A stretch of DNA of 64,000 nt, taken from assembly GCF_037042905.1 (NCBI RefSeq), contig NC_087245.1, positions 8,806,001 through 8,870,000 of the forward strand. Reading direction: 5' to 3'. This document shows, piece after piece, positions 39,255 through 52,212 of the stretch (position 1 is its first letter; each line of letters starts with the position of its first letter). The position numbers and the translations under genes were made by a program. The DNA comes from Lytechinus pictus (Eukaryota). The notes beneath the pieces are model-generated. The model saw only the letters and a program-made list of their open reading frames with translations, was not told where the DNA came from and ran no database searches.

Positions 39255-41223
39255 CCCCTAATGAGTTCACAGGTTTCAGTCCATTTGAATTGGTATATGG
39301 TCATGAGGTTAGGAGCCCCCTAAAGCTTATCAAAGAGAGGTTTATGGTTCAGGATGATGATGTAAACCTTCTAGACTGTGTCAAAGTCTAGAGAAAGGCT
39401 CTCAAAAGCTTGTGATGTGGCTAAGGAACACTTGAAAGTGCCGCAGGGAAAAACGAAAGCTCAAGCTGACAAAAATGCAAAAGAGCAAAGTTTCAAGCCT
39501 GGAGACAAAGTGTTAGTATTGTTGCCTTTGCAAGGTGAGCCCCTGAAAGCTAGGTTTAGTGGTCCCTACATAGTCAAAAAGAAATTGAATGATGTCAACT
39601 ATGTGATCAGTACCCCTGATCGAAGAAAGTCTCAAAGAGTGTCATGTAAACATGTTGAAAGAATACTTTGAGCGAGAGGCTTTTCAGCCAATAGGTGTAA
39701 CACAGGTCAAAGAAGAAGAAAAGCATGTAGATGTACATGAAGATGAATGCTATGGAAAGATAGATAATGAATTGTCTTATACAGATGTATCGAAGAACGA
39801 AACATGTGTAAAGTTGTCTAACTCAGAGATGTTAGAAAATATGGATAAGGCATTAAAACACTGCCTGAAGATCAGAGAAATGATATATCTGGCCTGTTAA
39901 GAGAATATGAAAATGTGTGTAAAGACAAACCAGGGCATACGCCTTTAACTGTACATGATGTAGACGTAGGTGATGTAAGACCTATTAAACAGAATTCTTA
40001 TAGGCTCAATCCAAGCAAGTTGGAAATGGTTAATAAGGAAATACAGTTTATGTTAGATAATGACATAATCGAACCGAGTCAGAGTAGTTGGAGTTCCCCT
40101 ATTGTAATGGTTCCAAAGCCAGACGGCTCTCAGAGATTTTGCATTGATTACCGAAAGGTAAATGCAGTAACTAAGACTGACTCGTATCCAATTCCTAGGT
40201 TAGAAGAATGTATTGATAGAGTTGGAAATTCTGCCTATATCACAAAGGTAGACTTGCTTAAAGGATATTGGCAAGTGCCACTGACTGACCGAGCCAAAGA
40301 GATATCAGCCTATGTCACACCTGAAGGCTTATTTCAACGCAAAGTCATGCCTTTTGGAATGAAAAATGCACCAGCAACCTTCCAAAGGTTAACAAATCAA
40401 GTGATTGCTGGGCTTGACAATTGTGTCGTATACATAGAAGACATCCTAGTATACAGTGATACTTGGAATGATCATCTGGATCATTTGAGAGCACTGTTTG
40501 ACAGGCTGGATAAAGCCAACCTAGTAGTGAATCTGATGAAGAGTGAATTCGCCAAGGCAAAGGTCACATATCTTGGTAATGTGGTTGTCAAGGGCAAGTG
40601 CTACCAAGAGAAGCCAAGATACAAGCTATCTTAGAGTTCCCAATTCCCACAACTAAGAAAGAATTGCTCAGATTCTTAGGTATGAGTGGCTTCTACAGGA
40701 AATTTGTTCCAAATTACAGTACAGTGGATAGTCCTCTGACAAACCTGAAGGCAAAAGTGAATTATGTTTGGTCTGACTAATGTCAGAGATCATTTGAGAA
40801 ATTAAAGGCCATTTTGGTGAATGAGCCTGTTTTGGCAGCTCCAAACTTCACAAAGCCACTCAAAGTAGCTATTGATGCATGTGATGTTGGAGTAGGAGCA
40901 GTATTGCTCCAAGAAGATGAAGAAGGCATAAAAAACCAGTGTGCTACTTCTCCAAGAAACTCAATTGGTTTCAGAAGAGGTACTGAACTATTGAAAAAGA
41001 GGCCCTGAGTCTCGTACTTGCCCTTCAGCAGTTTGAGGTGTATTGAACCAATGGGGGAAATTACAGTCTATACAGACCACAATCCTCTTGTGTTTTTGGA
41101 GAAATTCATAACAAAGAACCAAAGACTGTACAGATTGAGCCTAATGCTCCAACCATTCCCTCTAAAAATTGTACACATAAAAGGAAAGAATAATGTTATT
41201 GCTGATGCTCTTTCAAGAGTATA
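39255..41223 (+). pseudogene. Gmr1-like Ty3/Gypsy pol relic (IN C-terminus, then RT, then RNase H)
   Basis: GFSPFELVYG and GDKVLV...FSGPY (integrase GPY/F) lie upstream of the RT (WSSPIVMVPKPDG, FCIDYRKVN, MPFGMKNAPATFQR, YIED) and RNase H (DACDVGVGAVL, TDHNPL, NVIADALSR then stop). Confidence 0.9.
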
Positions 41224-41427
41224 AAAAGTGAAATTATTTATGTTTTTTGACCAAGTGTGTCATTAGAAGAAAATGTCTTTGATGTTCATTTATTTAAACA
41301 TGTTTGTTAGTACTTTGTATACGATATTGTAAATGATTTATCAAGATGACTTTGAAAAGTTAAAGAAAAAAATAATCTTAAAGAAACCTTTACTACGGTA
41401 AAGCTTTCTTTTCCCCGGTGGGGGAGG

Positions 41428-42206
41428 TGTCATATATAAGAAGAATTGTAAGAGCAATTACATTCGTTTATTTAGGATATTCATAGCATAGAATGATTTT
41501 TTAAACATGTTCTTTAATAAGCCAAGGAATTTTGTTATTTCTGAATAGAGACTGCAACACAAGAGATTTCTGGCAGTAGTGAAAAGAACAATAGGATTAG
41601 CTATGCTGTTGACATTGTTAATTTCACTAAGGTCATTCAAGAGTCTTCTAAAATTAGACTGCTCTAGAAATTGGCAGAATGTTCTTTTTGTAGACTCAAG
41701 AGTTTCACACCAGACTTTATGTCTGAGCATAGACTATTTCCACCTGGAATACAACATTTATCTTCTGTGGAATTATTTGCACGCCATCAATGAACTGTTT
41801 GCAGTTACTTTGAAAGAGGAATTCTCAGTTCTCATCGAGATCATCAACCTGTTTTAATGAACGCTTTTCAACCCATGGATTGCTGAAATTGACTGTTAAT
41901 CATCATCAACATCGTCTTCACGGACATTTCAACTCATTACAGTGACTCTTAGTATTCATCGTGCTTCAACATCGGTTTCATCATCGCCATCAATGTGAAC
42001 TTTAATTTACGGAATCTTCGCCAACCCACTTGGATTTTTATTTGGAAATAACCTTAGATTGCACTTCTAACACTTTAAGAGATGTAAGATTATCGTTATT
42101 TTTTATTTGTTTGTGTATGGTTAATTATTTCCTGTAATTAAAAAAAAAAGGGAAATCAAATATTAAAACTAAAATTTTCATTATTAATTGTTGCAGTATC
42201 GTAACA
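41428..42206 (+). mobile_element. 3' LTR of the Gmr1-like element
   Basis: Polypurine tract GGTGGGGGAGG directly before TGTCA; candidate end TAACA at 42206. Confidence 0.7.
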
Positions 42207-43844
42207 TTATGGAAAAACTTACATCGTGTAAACTGATATTCTTTCAAATAGGTAGGCGTGTAGCTTTGTTCTCAGCTTGGTTCTGCCAACCTTATGGTAG
42301 TCTGCAGATTTGTTATCCAAAGCTCCTTTCAAGTTGGGTGGCATTGGTGGAAGTTTGAATACAGCTGGCCAATGCTTTTGGTCTTGTGCCCCTTGCTCAT
42401 CTCTAAAAAAAATTGATTACAGAAACCGACTGCAAGGTTCATAAAACGCACCAACAGAAAGTAGATCTACACTGTATCATGTTGTTATACTCTCAGTCTC
42501 GCGTTAGTAGTGAAAAAAGTACCGGTAGTATGGAAGTGGATCGTATTACCGAACACTTTTCATGAATTCAATCATATCAACCACATTATTCTCATAAAAT
42601 TGACAAAATTTTCACCATTAATACACGATTACCTACAAAATATAAATATGTAAATTTTTTTCCAAATTTGATTTTCTTTTTTCAAGCGCTATTAGCTTCA
42701 ATGGGACCACTCTTCACATGTGAAATATTTTGGTCACTTGAAAAAGGTATTATATTACCGAACGTGTGTTTTCTACGGGAAAATTTGAGAAAACAACAAA
42801 ATCACTGATGAGCTATTTTGACATTATTTTATTATTTTTAGAATATTAAGACTTTGAAAATGCGTTTTGACCATTTTTCATCATCTTTCTATTCAAGTTC
42901 CCTTTGGGAGGATGTTGCAAACTTTTGAGCGTATGAAATTATTTTCTGACGTGTACAATGCGTGTGTGCGATAATACAAGGCTGGTCAGTAATACAATCA
43001 CTCACTATACAAGGGTTTGTATGACAAGTTCAACACAGACGGGTATACCGTATGCACATTTGGAAATCAACAACCCTTAACACTTGAAGTGCTATCGGCG
43101 AACCAGTTCGCCGAGAAAACAATGGGACATATACCTTTCAATTCGAAAAATAAACATCACTGAATTTCCTTTCAAAGAAATTTTTCATAAAATGAATAGG
43201 CCTACATAGGGGATGCAAAAATGGGTTAAATCACTCGTCCTGATACCATTGCGATTTTTCCAGAAAATTATACATTTTTGAAAGGCTGTAAACATAAGAA
43301 CAAAACAGCTCACCATCCAAAGTGTTCACATCAGATAGCACTACTGGGGTCAAAGACACATTTTATTTCCCATGTGGACCCCTAAAGCTTGGATTTATGT
43401 AAACCCAAAGGGTCCAAAACTAGCTCAAAATTTACTATTATTATTTTTTTTAATCACATTTTGCTGATTTATTTGAAGTAACTTGGTCATTGGACCTCAA
43501 GATTTCAGAGCCAACGCTAAAGTTGCTTAACATGCACTAGATGGTACTAATTGCACATTTCTGCAACAAAGGTATAATATCAACGAAATCACAGGAAGGT
43601 AAATATATGTTATCGACAGCATCTGAAGTGAACCCACTGAAACACATACTGCAAACAAGTCAGCATTACTGTTCTTTGGTTTTGGGTCACTTTTTCCTGT
43701 CAGTGTTTTAAATCGCTGTCTTGAGTGATAATTGTATGATAACTTGCCAAGGAGTTCAAATTATTATATTAAAAATATTTAAGCTTGTTAGATGTGGAAG
43801 TGTACTCAGATGCAGGAAACCCATAGGATAAAACAAGTACCAGC

Positions 43845-44140
43845 AGATACTAGCTGTTAGTATAGCTGATGGGTAGCTGCTTCGGAACTGGTGGCTATGT
43901 AACCGCTACCAGTGGCTATATAGCCGCTACCAAAATCACATGCAAATTAGTTGATAGCTGCTATGCAGGTCAAACTAGCAGCAAGGTAGCAGCTATGTTT
44001 ATCATGCAGGTGGAATTAGCGGCTATGTAGCTAGCTAAATCACATGCAAATTAGTTGTAGCGGCTATATGTATATAGCAGCAGCTTAGGTAGTGGCTATT
44101 TCTCCTGCTAGTATACAAGCCGACTTTCCTGCTAGCTAGC
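43845..44140. repeat. Degenerate short-period (GCTA/TAGC-rich) array
   Basis: Repeated ggctatgtagc/tagcagc motifs and a duplicated aaatcacatgcaaattagttg. Confidence 0.55.
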
Positions 44141-46020
44141 ACACGGTGCAAAATTTGGCAGAGTTGTAAGCTTATATTTTGAAGCTTTTAAATCCTGAAA
44201 TACAATTACATTTAGTTCATGGTAATACAAGTAAGGGTTGTATAGTGCAATAGATGCCATACTACCCCTTACACCTGTCTGCATCCTAAGCTCCACCAAG
44301 TTATCACCACTTGTGATTGGTAGCGTGGTAGTCAGACGTCATCACATCTCGTCTTCAAATCCAGTGGTGATAGATCATCAATTGAAGTTGGTCACCATTG
44401 GAGATGATAGAGCAGTAGGTGCATGACCTATCATCGCTGGTGATTGACAACGTGAAACATCGTCATTGATGATAAAGTCTGTATGTATTATGGTCTTAGT
44501 AAGTTCACATCAGCAGTAGATAGGACATTATCCTACGAGGGGGAAAGTCGAGCGAAAATCAGACATTTCAAACTGAAATAGCTAAATTTCAGCAGATTTA
44601 CAAAAGACATGTGTTACATTTAAGCATTTCTATCCTTCATATGTCAATGATAGGTAACATCAGCTTCGGAAAGTAGAGTAGGTTAAACTATTCATAAGGG
44701 GAAACCCCCAAAACAAATGCATTTCTCACCAAACATCAGCGGAGGTTAAATGCCAAGTATGTACCTCCACCTTTACACTTTTCGTTATTTAGATTTTTCT
44801 CTAAAGTTGACTCTTTCCTTTGTTTGACCTGCATAGCAGAGTGAGACTATACGCTTTATACATAACACTGAGAAATGCTCTATTTTCAGGCTTATGTGAG
44901 GTCACAAAAAGATACATAATTCTGTAACGGTACAACTAAATTTTTATAAATTTGGTGTTAAAAGATGTGCAAGTCTGTATAAAATAGAATCCTGAAGTGG
45001 TTTGGCATGTAATGCACTGGTTTCAATTTAACATTAAAAGTTAGCGAGGAGGGGGCCATTATACCTCATTAGCATTCAGAGGGTTCGAACAAGAGTGACC
45101 TTGTTTCAATACTTTTTAGAACATTTTAAGCCTTTTTGACAATGCCAGTGGAATAATTGGGCTAGTAAACATAAATCAACACCAGATTCAGCTCAATAGG
45201 CCTTCAAATAAGAAAACGAGGACTTTTTCCATTCTCAAGACTCAGCACTTTTAGGCCTTGCCCCTCAAAATCATTTTTGGCCCTCACTGTCCCATTTTTC
45301 AACAAATTTTTCTTAAAAATTGTGTCATATCGATCAGGACAACATTCTGCTTTAAATGATATATGTAAAACTTGATTCTGAAATATCACTCGTTTATAGC
45401 CCACCTCTTATGCCATTGGCATTCATATACTTGTGTGTCACCCTATATATACACAAAGAAGGAAGTCCCCCTAAATCAAATTGCTGTAACTTTTGAACGG
45501 AATAATTTTGAAATATATTTCGTAGGTAGTTTTCTACACACATTAAGCGACTCCTGGAGAAAAATGAGATTGGTCGGTTGAGTCATGCACAGGCTGGTCA
45601 TGCATGAGTAATCAAAGATTAAATTAAAAATGACAATTTTTTAAAGTCACAAGAGTCATTTTTTAGATTGTGTAATTACAAAGTTGGGCAAAGGTTGTTT
45701 TTAGGTGAATTTTATGGTGTTAATGCTGTTTTACTATCTATCATTTAGCCACCTCACACAAAATTTTGATATCGTATGTTTATGGTTGAGTACAATGTTT
45801 TGTGACGTATCATCATCTAGGGGTTTATGGCAGTATCCCTTACAACTTGTTAAAACATGTTAAAATTGGAAAATGTTGGTGGCTCCCCCAATTACTTGGC
45901 CCATCCCCTTTTTTAAATTCTGGATCCACCACTGATTTGTCCATAAATTTCAACTGATCCTGAGAAGTTGTTAGGAAAAGAATACATTTATCCAGTATAA
46001 AGGGTATTCATTCCCAAGTT

Positions 46021-47376
46021 TTTGTCTCACCTGCATAGCAGAGTGAGATTATAAGCGCCACTTTTCCGACAGCGGCGTCAACACCAAATCTTAACCAAGG
46101 TTAAGATTTTGAAATGAGAGCATAACTTAGAAATTATATAGACCTAGTTCATGAAACGTGGCCATAAAGTTAATCCAGTATTACTGAACATCCTGCCTGA
46201 GTTTCAGGTCACATGACCAAGGTCAAAGGTCATTTAGGGTCAATGAACTTAGACCATGTTGGGGGAATCAACATCAAAATCTTAACCTAAGGTTAAGTTT
46301 TTGAAATGTCATCATAACTTAGAAAATATATGGACCTAGTGTATGCAACTTGGACATAAGGTTAATCCAGTATTACTGAACATCCTGCCTGAGTTTCAGG
46401 TCACATGACCAAGGTCAAAGGTCATTTAGGGTCAATGAACTTAGACCATGTTGGGGGAATCAACATCAAAATCTTAACCTAAGGTTAAGTTTTTGAAATG
46501 TCATCATAACTTAGAAAATATATGGACCTAGTGTATGCAACTTGGACATAAGGTTAATCAAGTATTACTGAACATCCTGCTTGAGTTTCACGTCACATGA
46601 CCAATGTCAAAGGTCATTTCGGGTCAATGAACTTTGGCCAAATTGGGGATATCTGTTGAATCACCATCATAACTTTAAAAGTTTATGAATCTTATTCATA
46701 AAACTTGGACATAAGAGTAATCAAGTATCACTGAACATCCTGTGCAAGTTTCAGGTCACATGATCAAGGTCAAAGGTCATAAGGGTCAATTAATTTTTGC
46801 CAAATTGGTTTTTTGTTGTTGAAATACCATCATAACTTTGAAAGTTTATTGGTCTAGTTCATAAAACTTGGACATAAGAATAATCAAGTATCACTGAACA
46901 TCCTGTGCGAATTTCAGGTCACATGACCAACGTCAATGGTCAATGAACTTTGGCCATAATGGGGTATCTGTTGAATTACCATCATAACTGAAAGTTTATG
47001 GATCTGATTAATGAAACTTGGACATAAGAGTAATCAATTATCTTTGAAGATCCCGTCTGAGTTTCAGGTCACATGACCAAAGTCAAAGGTCATTAAGGTC
47101 ATTGAACTTTGGCCATTTTAGTGGTAATTATTAGATTGCTGTCATAACTTTCAAAGTTTATAGATATAGTGTATAAAATGTGGATATAAGAGTAATCAAG
47201 TATCACTGACTGTCAAGTTTAAGTTCACATGATCAAGGTCAAATGTCAATGAACGTAGTATTGTATCATTCTGTGAAGGGTGTTTTGTGAATGATTATAG
47301 TAGTTTTCAAAGTCAGCACTGCTGCTATATTGAATCGTGTGATGTAGGTGAGACCGCCAGAGGCATTCCACTTGTT
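46021..47376 (+). mobile_element. HINE family A copy 2
   Basis: Same ends as 20716-21737 (GTCTCACCTGCAT...ATGTAGGTGAGAC, hairpin, CTTGTT); about 7 core units. A 5'-end fragment of the family is also at ~44822-44852. Confidence 0.8.
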
Positions 47377-48595
47377 TTGATAATGTCGTGCAGCTGTTGA
47401 AAAAACCTTAGCATGTTCCACATATCTTGAGGTTACATGGCTTTCTACTTCTACGCTCTTGTTCAAATGTGGGATTACTATCCCCTGCCATGCCTTTGTT
47501 TGTCTTATATACAGTATGCCCTCCTTTCTGAACATTTCTAGTCCTTTGAGGCATTCATTCTTTGGTAACTTAAGGACTCTCTGAACCTCTTCCAAGTTCT
47601 TATGTTTTGTTTTTATGTCTCTTGATAGCTTTGATTGATATTTGCCACAAAAGGTGCAAACCCTATAGTGGCATTTATACTTCTGTGGTTTCTTTTTCCA
47701 TTTTGCTTGGTGACTTCACCTTCTGTTCTCTCATTCCAAGTTGAAAATGAGAATCTTCTTCCTCTGCCAGAGTGGAATGCTTATCTATGCATACCCTGGG
47801 TTGTTTCAGTGATTTCTTTGCAATTTTGCTTCCTGTTTTCCTTTCACATCCTCTCAAATCTGAATGGGAATCAGAAAGCTCGTCCCAAAAAGGGGCATGG
47901 TCGTCTTTGCTTACCTGGGGATGTTTCAGTGATTGCTTTTCAGATTCACATCCTAATTTTCCTTTCTGTCCTCGCAAACCAGGATGGGAATCTGAAAATT
48001 TGTTTTCAGAAATGGTGTGCTCATCCGTGCAATGTCTCCCCATTTTCTTTTCAAGGTTCCTTCCCAACCAGTGCTCCTTAGCTCATTTGGATTTTCTGGA
48101 GGTCTTATTCCTTCGTGTACATCAGTGCTGCTCAGCTCAAGAGGATTTTCTGGAGTTCTCATTTCTTCATGTACATCGGTGCTCCTCAGCTCATTTGGAT
48201 TTTCCAGAGTTCTCATTTCTTCATGTACATCAGTGCTCCTCAGCTCATTTGGATTTTCTGGAGGTCTTATTGCTACATGTTCATCAGTGCTGCTAAGCTC
48301 AACAGGATTTTCTGGAGTTCTTATTCCTTCATGTACTTCCACACTAGGCATAAAATTGATCTGTTGTTCCTCTTCCTGCAGACCGTTTTCTGTGTCTTTC
48401 TTTTTTGCCCTCCAAGGGAGATCTCTTACTCCATAATCGTAGCGAATTTATTCCCCGCTTTTTTTATCTCTTTTAGCAAACAGACAGAGAAATGTTGACT
48501 TTTCATGCTTTATAGCTTTCATCTTTGCATTTTCTCCTTTTCCGACAGCGTCATTCGCAAGGCGACCCAGTCCAATAGAGTTAGTTGCATCAACA
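47377..48595 (-). pseudogene. SET-domain C-terminus + minisatellite + acidic linker + Zn-finger-like start of a recombinase-associated protein
   Basis: Acceptor ttttcag before 48595, then VDATNSIGLGRLANDA...N.KM...LCLFAKRD...GE*IRYDYG..DLPWR (PR-Set7-like); later CTFCGKYQSKLSRDIKTKHK..EV...LPK..FRKEGI...CxxC.GFF. Confidence 0.7.
48069..48338. repeat. 54-bp minisatellite, 5 units, in frame (18 aa)
   Basis: Units start at 48069, 48123, 48177, 48231, 48285; minus-strand peptide PENPNELRSTDVHEEMRT. Confidence 0.9.
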
Positions 48596-48618
48596 CTGAA
48601 AAGTGAGGAATGAACATA

Positions 48619-50193
48619 AGTGTCACCAAGAAGTACTTGTACACTACACATTAACCACACTGTTAAAAGAAGCTGAAATATGCTGGAAATAGAAAATTCC
48701 CATGGTTATCATAAAATCTAATGAATTGTATATCAAATTAAAGAGAACGAGATGAATCTTCGACCAAGCGTGGTTGAACTTTATGCCTCCGCCACTACCA
48801 AATCAGAAATAAATGGCACTTCATGTTGATTCATTTTCATTTATACAATGACATCTTTGACCTTGACCTTTGACCTTGTGACCCCTAAATCTAATGAGAG
48901 CATTGCCCTTTCCATATGCATACATAAGTCAAGTTTGTTGAACCGTCAAATGGTTATTGAGTTATCACGAGAAAGAACCATTTCTATATACATAATGACC
49001 TCTATGACCTTTGACCTTGAGACCCCAAAATCTAATCAGATCATTGACCCTCCCATATGCATACCTGTGCCAAGTTTGAGGTTGATCTGTCGAATGGTTC
49101 TTAAGTTGTCGCAAGAACGAGCCATTTTTATGTGTTTTATTTAAATTACTGCTATGACCTTGACCTTTGACCTTGAGACCCCAAAATCTAATCAGATCAT
49201 TGTCCCTCCCATATACATACCTGTGCCAAGTTTGAGGTTGATCTGTCAAATGGTTCTTAAGTTATCGCGAGAACGAGCCATTTTTATGTGTTTTATTACT
49301 GCTTTGACCTTGACCTTTGACCTTGAGACTCCAAAATCTAATCAGATCATTGTCCCTCCAATATGCATATACGAGCCAAGTTTGAAGTTGATCTGTGAAA
49401 CGGTTCTTAAGTTATCGCGAGAACCAAAACGGGACAGACGGACGGACGGACGACCCGAAAACATAATGCCTCCTGCAACCACCTACATGTATGGTCAGGG
49501 GAGGCATAAAAGTAAAGCCTTCGTTTTGAATATAGCTGCAAGTTGTGATCAGCCATGTATGAATAATATTGACTCATCAAATGCAATAATGCATATTTCC
49601 AGACCTTTCTGTAATCATTGAAGCATAACTCGTAATCTGTTGATGATCATGGCTTGTTCACCCATTTGATATATGACATGCATATCCCTGAATTTGACAC
49701 ACGATAGTATTTCAATTTGTATTACTCAATTTGAAAACATTTTTTGATGCATGTCTCGTCATTGTTGTCTTATTGACTTTTTTACAGGGGATGCAATAAG
49801 ATTTATAATTCATATTTCATTTCCTGAAAACATGAATAAAACCAACTGAAATGCTCAGAATTGGATATCAAATTAGAGGATATCATTTCGTCTTTTGCAG
49901 AAAATAAGGAAAAAGCCATGATCATTGAAGCATGAGTTATGCTTCAATGATCACAGCAATGTCAGAAAATAGGTTTTGGTGTGCATAATGGATCATATCT
50001 CTTCATGCATGAATGATCATGATTTTTAACTACACGAAATCAAAGGCTATTCTTTCTCTATAATTTGATATACAATTCAGTAATTATAAGACAAACAGTT
50101 TGTGACTTTTTTTTTTACTTGTAGCATGGTTCATCTTCTCCTTTTCATAGTTTGGTGGTTCATGTGCAGTGTACAAGTAATTCTTGGTGACAC
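48619..50193. mobile_element. TIR element containing a nested HINE
   Basis: ~40-bp inverted repeat AGTGTCACCAAGAAnTACTTGTACACTnCACATnAACCAC at 48619 and, inverted, ending at 50193. Confidence 0.6.
48745..49511 (-). mobile_element. HINE family B
   Basis: Minus strand: subTIR TTATGCCTCC, IR GGAGGCAT, (CCGT)n microsatellite, about 4 core units of ~150 bp, 3' GGAGGCATAA then hairpin TTCAACCA...TGGTCGAA and CTCGTT. Confidence 0.8.
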
Positions 50194-50449
50194 TACATGT
50201 GCATGTAGTCCTTAGTTTGTAAATGTTATGAATGAATTTTACAGCGCCCTCATTAGTCACTACAGAGAGAGAGAGAGAGAGAAAGAAAATGGAAGTATTC
50301 TCAACTATGTGCAGCTAAAATTAATGCCTGTCATTGCCAGATTTGAAATAGATCACACATTGCACTTATAAAATTGTCAAAAACTTTGAAATTCTGATCA
50401 GATTAATGCCACTCTCATGCATGATTTCAGTTTGAACTTGGTTTGTTAA

Positions 50450-50717
50450 AGGGGAATGCAGTGTTCTTGTTCGAATATTCAGAAGCTTTTCGGCTAAGTT
50501 GCTCTTTAGGATATAAGGATTAAAATGAAATGAATCATGGCATAAATATCAAAGGGATAGCTTATTAATTTCAAATAAAATATTTAGGAGTGCAGATAAG
50601 GGGCCCCCCATCATACAAAATGCAGGTTTTTGTAGGAAATTGTAGATTTTTTAATTTGCTATTCAAAATTATTGTTCTTTGATTGAAATAGTAAAATTTC
50701 CAGGGTGAAGTACCCCT
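50450..50717. mobile_element. Kolobok-like MITE
   Basis: TTAA-AGGGG...CCCCT-TTAA. Confidence 0.5.
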
Positions 50718-52212
50718 TTAAGTGAACAGGCCATGGGTCAACTGTTTTAATTCTTTGCACAATTAGAGGGAGGGAAATTTCTGTTGTGTGCCTTAAAGCT
50801 ATTGTAAAGGCCTAAATGGAGTCGGGAGTTGTTTACTTTGTCCAACTTCTTTGTCTTCTCTGCCCGCTGTGATGGCTTGTGCACCAGTATGCATACAATA
50901 CAACTGCAATATTCATATCTAACTTAGATATATCACAGGCTAAACAATCTCCATATTGTAAAACTTAATAGAATTAGGCCTTAATTAACTTAAGGCAGGA
51001 TTCCACACTAACATTTTGTGGCAGTTGCCGGTTGCCCCTAGTCACAGCATCAAAATTACTGCATTTAATTTATATTGATCTCGTGGCTCAAAAATAATGA
51101 AATAAAGTTAGATATAGTGACAATCCAATTACCGGATATAGACTACCAGACATGTATTGAAATATCGCACTTTACAGAAATAATATGCGTGCATGGGCAT
51201 ACACCATCCCTGTTCGAATGAGAAAATGAAAAGGAAATCCTAATGACAGGGCATGAAAAAACATAACTTAATTCTCATTAATAATGACACACTGATGATA
51301 AAATGATATTGAATGCAAAATTTTAAAGTGTCCGGTAGGCCTATAATTACATTTATCTAGACCTCTACAGTAGATCTAGGCCTACATGCTGCAATTTTTA
51401 GTTACCAGTTTACCTGTTTCACGTCAGACTCAATATAATAGACATAACTATGAAAAATTGCGATGTGTAGGCTAGGCCTGTTTTGAAAACACGTGTACAC
51501 GGGTACTTGCACATAAAATGAAAACACGGTGATGTTTTTTTGAAGAAAGGTGTTGGACTCAGAATAAAGAGATTTCAGACAAGTTCGTATGTTCAGAATA
51601 GCATGTTATGATTCATGGAAACGTGATGATGACGTGTCGGTATCGATACTTGTGATCGGGATATAGGTATATATCTTCAAGTCCCAAACATCTCCCTTCC
51701 TTTGAAATTAGAAAAAAAAGATAGTGAAATCTTTCATTAAATAGTAATTGATTTTGTTTTTTCAACTACCTTCTTTCTTTTCTTTTTTTTGCGAATTGTT
51801 TTGCTGAGCTTCTGCACCCCAGTCACATTACATTCAGTGATACCTTTCAAAGCAATTTAAAAAGAAAAAATATGTGAAAAAATTATGAGTCTTTTGTCCA
51901 TTTATCAGTATTTAGGCACAGAGTTCAATGTCCAGTGTGTGAAGTTCAGTGGAGAAATGAGTCCCGCGTCTTGAAAAATCAAATTTAAAACACAGTCCAA
52001 GGCATTTTCCTGCTTCTGAACGCGATGTCCTTTGTACGCGAAAAAAATATCAACTATATGCCAGACTTTTGGCATCATCAACCAATTAAAACAACACAAA
52101 AAAAAGTCCTTAGCTGTAAAAAAAAACACGAAGCAAAAAAACGGTTTTGTAATATATACACTTGTTTCTTTTTACAAGTCCAGTCTCTCAGTTATTATCC
52201 TTACGGTGTATG

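Noticed and set aside
43076..45090. Second piggyBac-like element starting TTAACACTT
   Set aside because: No clear matching right end with TTAA.
47635..48498. Several overlapping plus-strand ORFs of 127-174 aa
   Set aside because: Antisense shadows of the stop-poor 54-bp minisatellite and minus-strand relic.
48848..49621. ORFs with repeated MTLTFDLETPKSNQ peptides
   Set aside because: Translation of the HINE core tandem repeats.
51100..52212. 3' LTR of the Gypsy pol at 52213-55210
   Set aside because: No polypurine tract plus TG start after the stop codon, and no matching LTR upstream.
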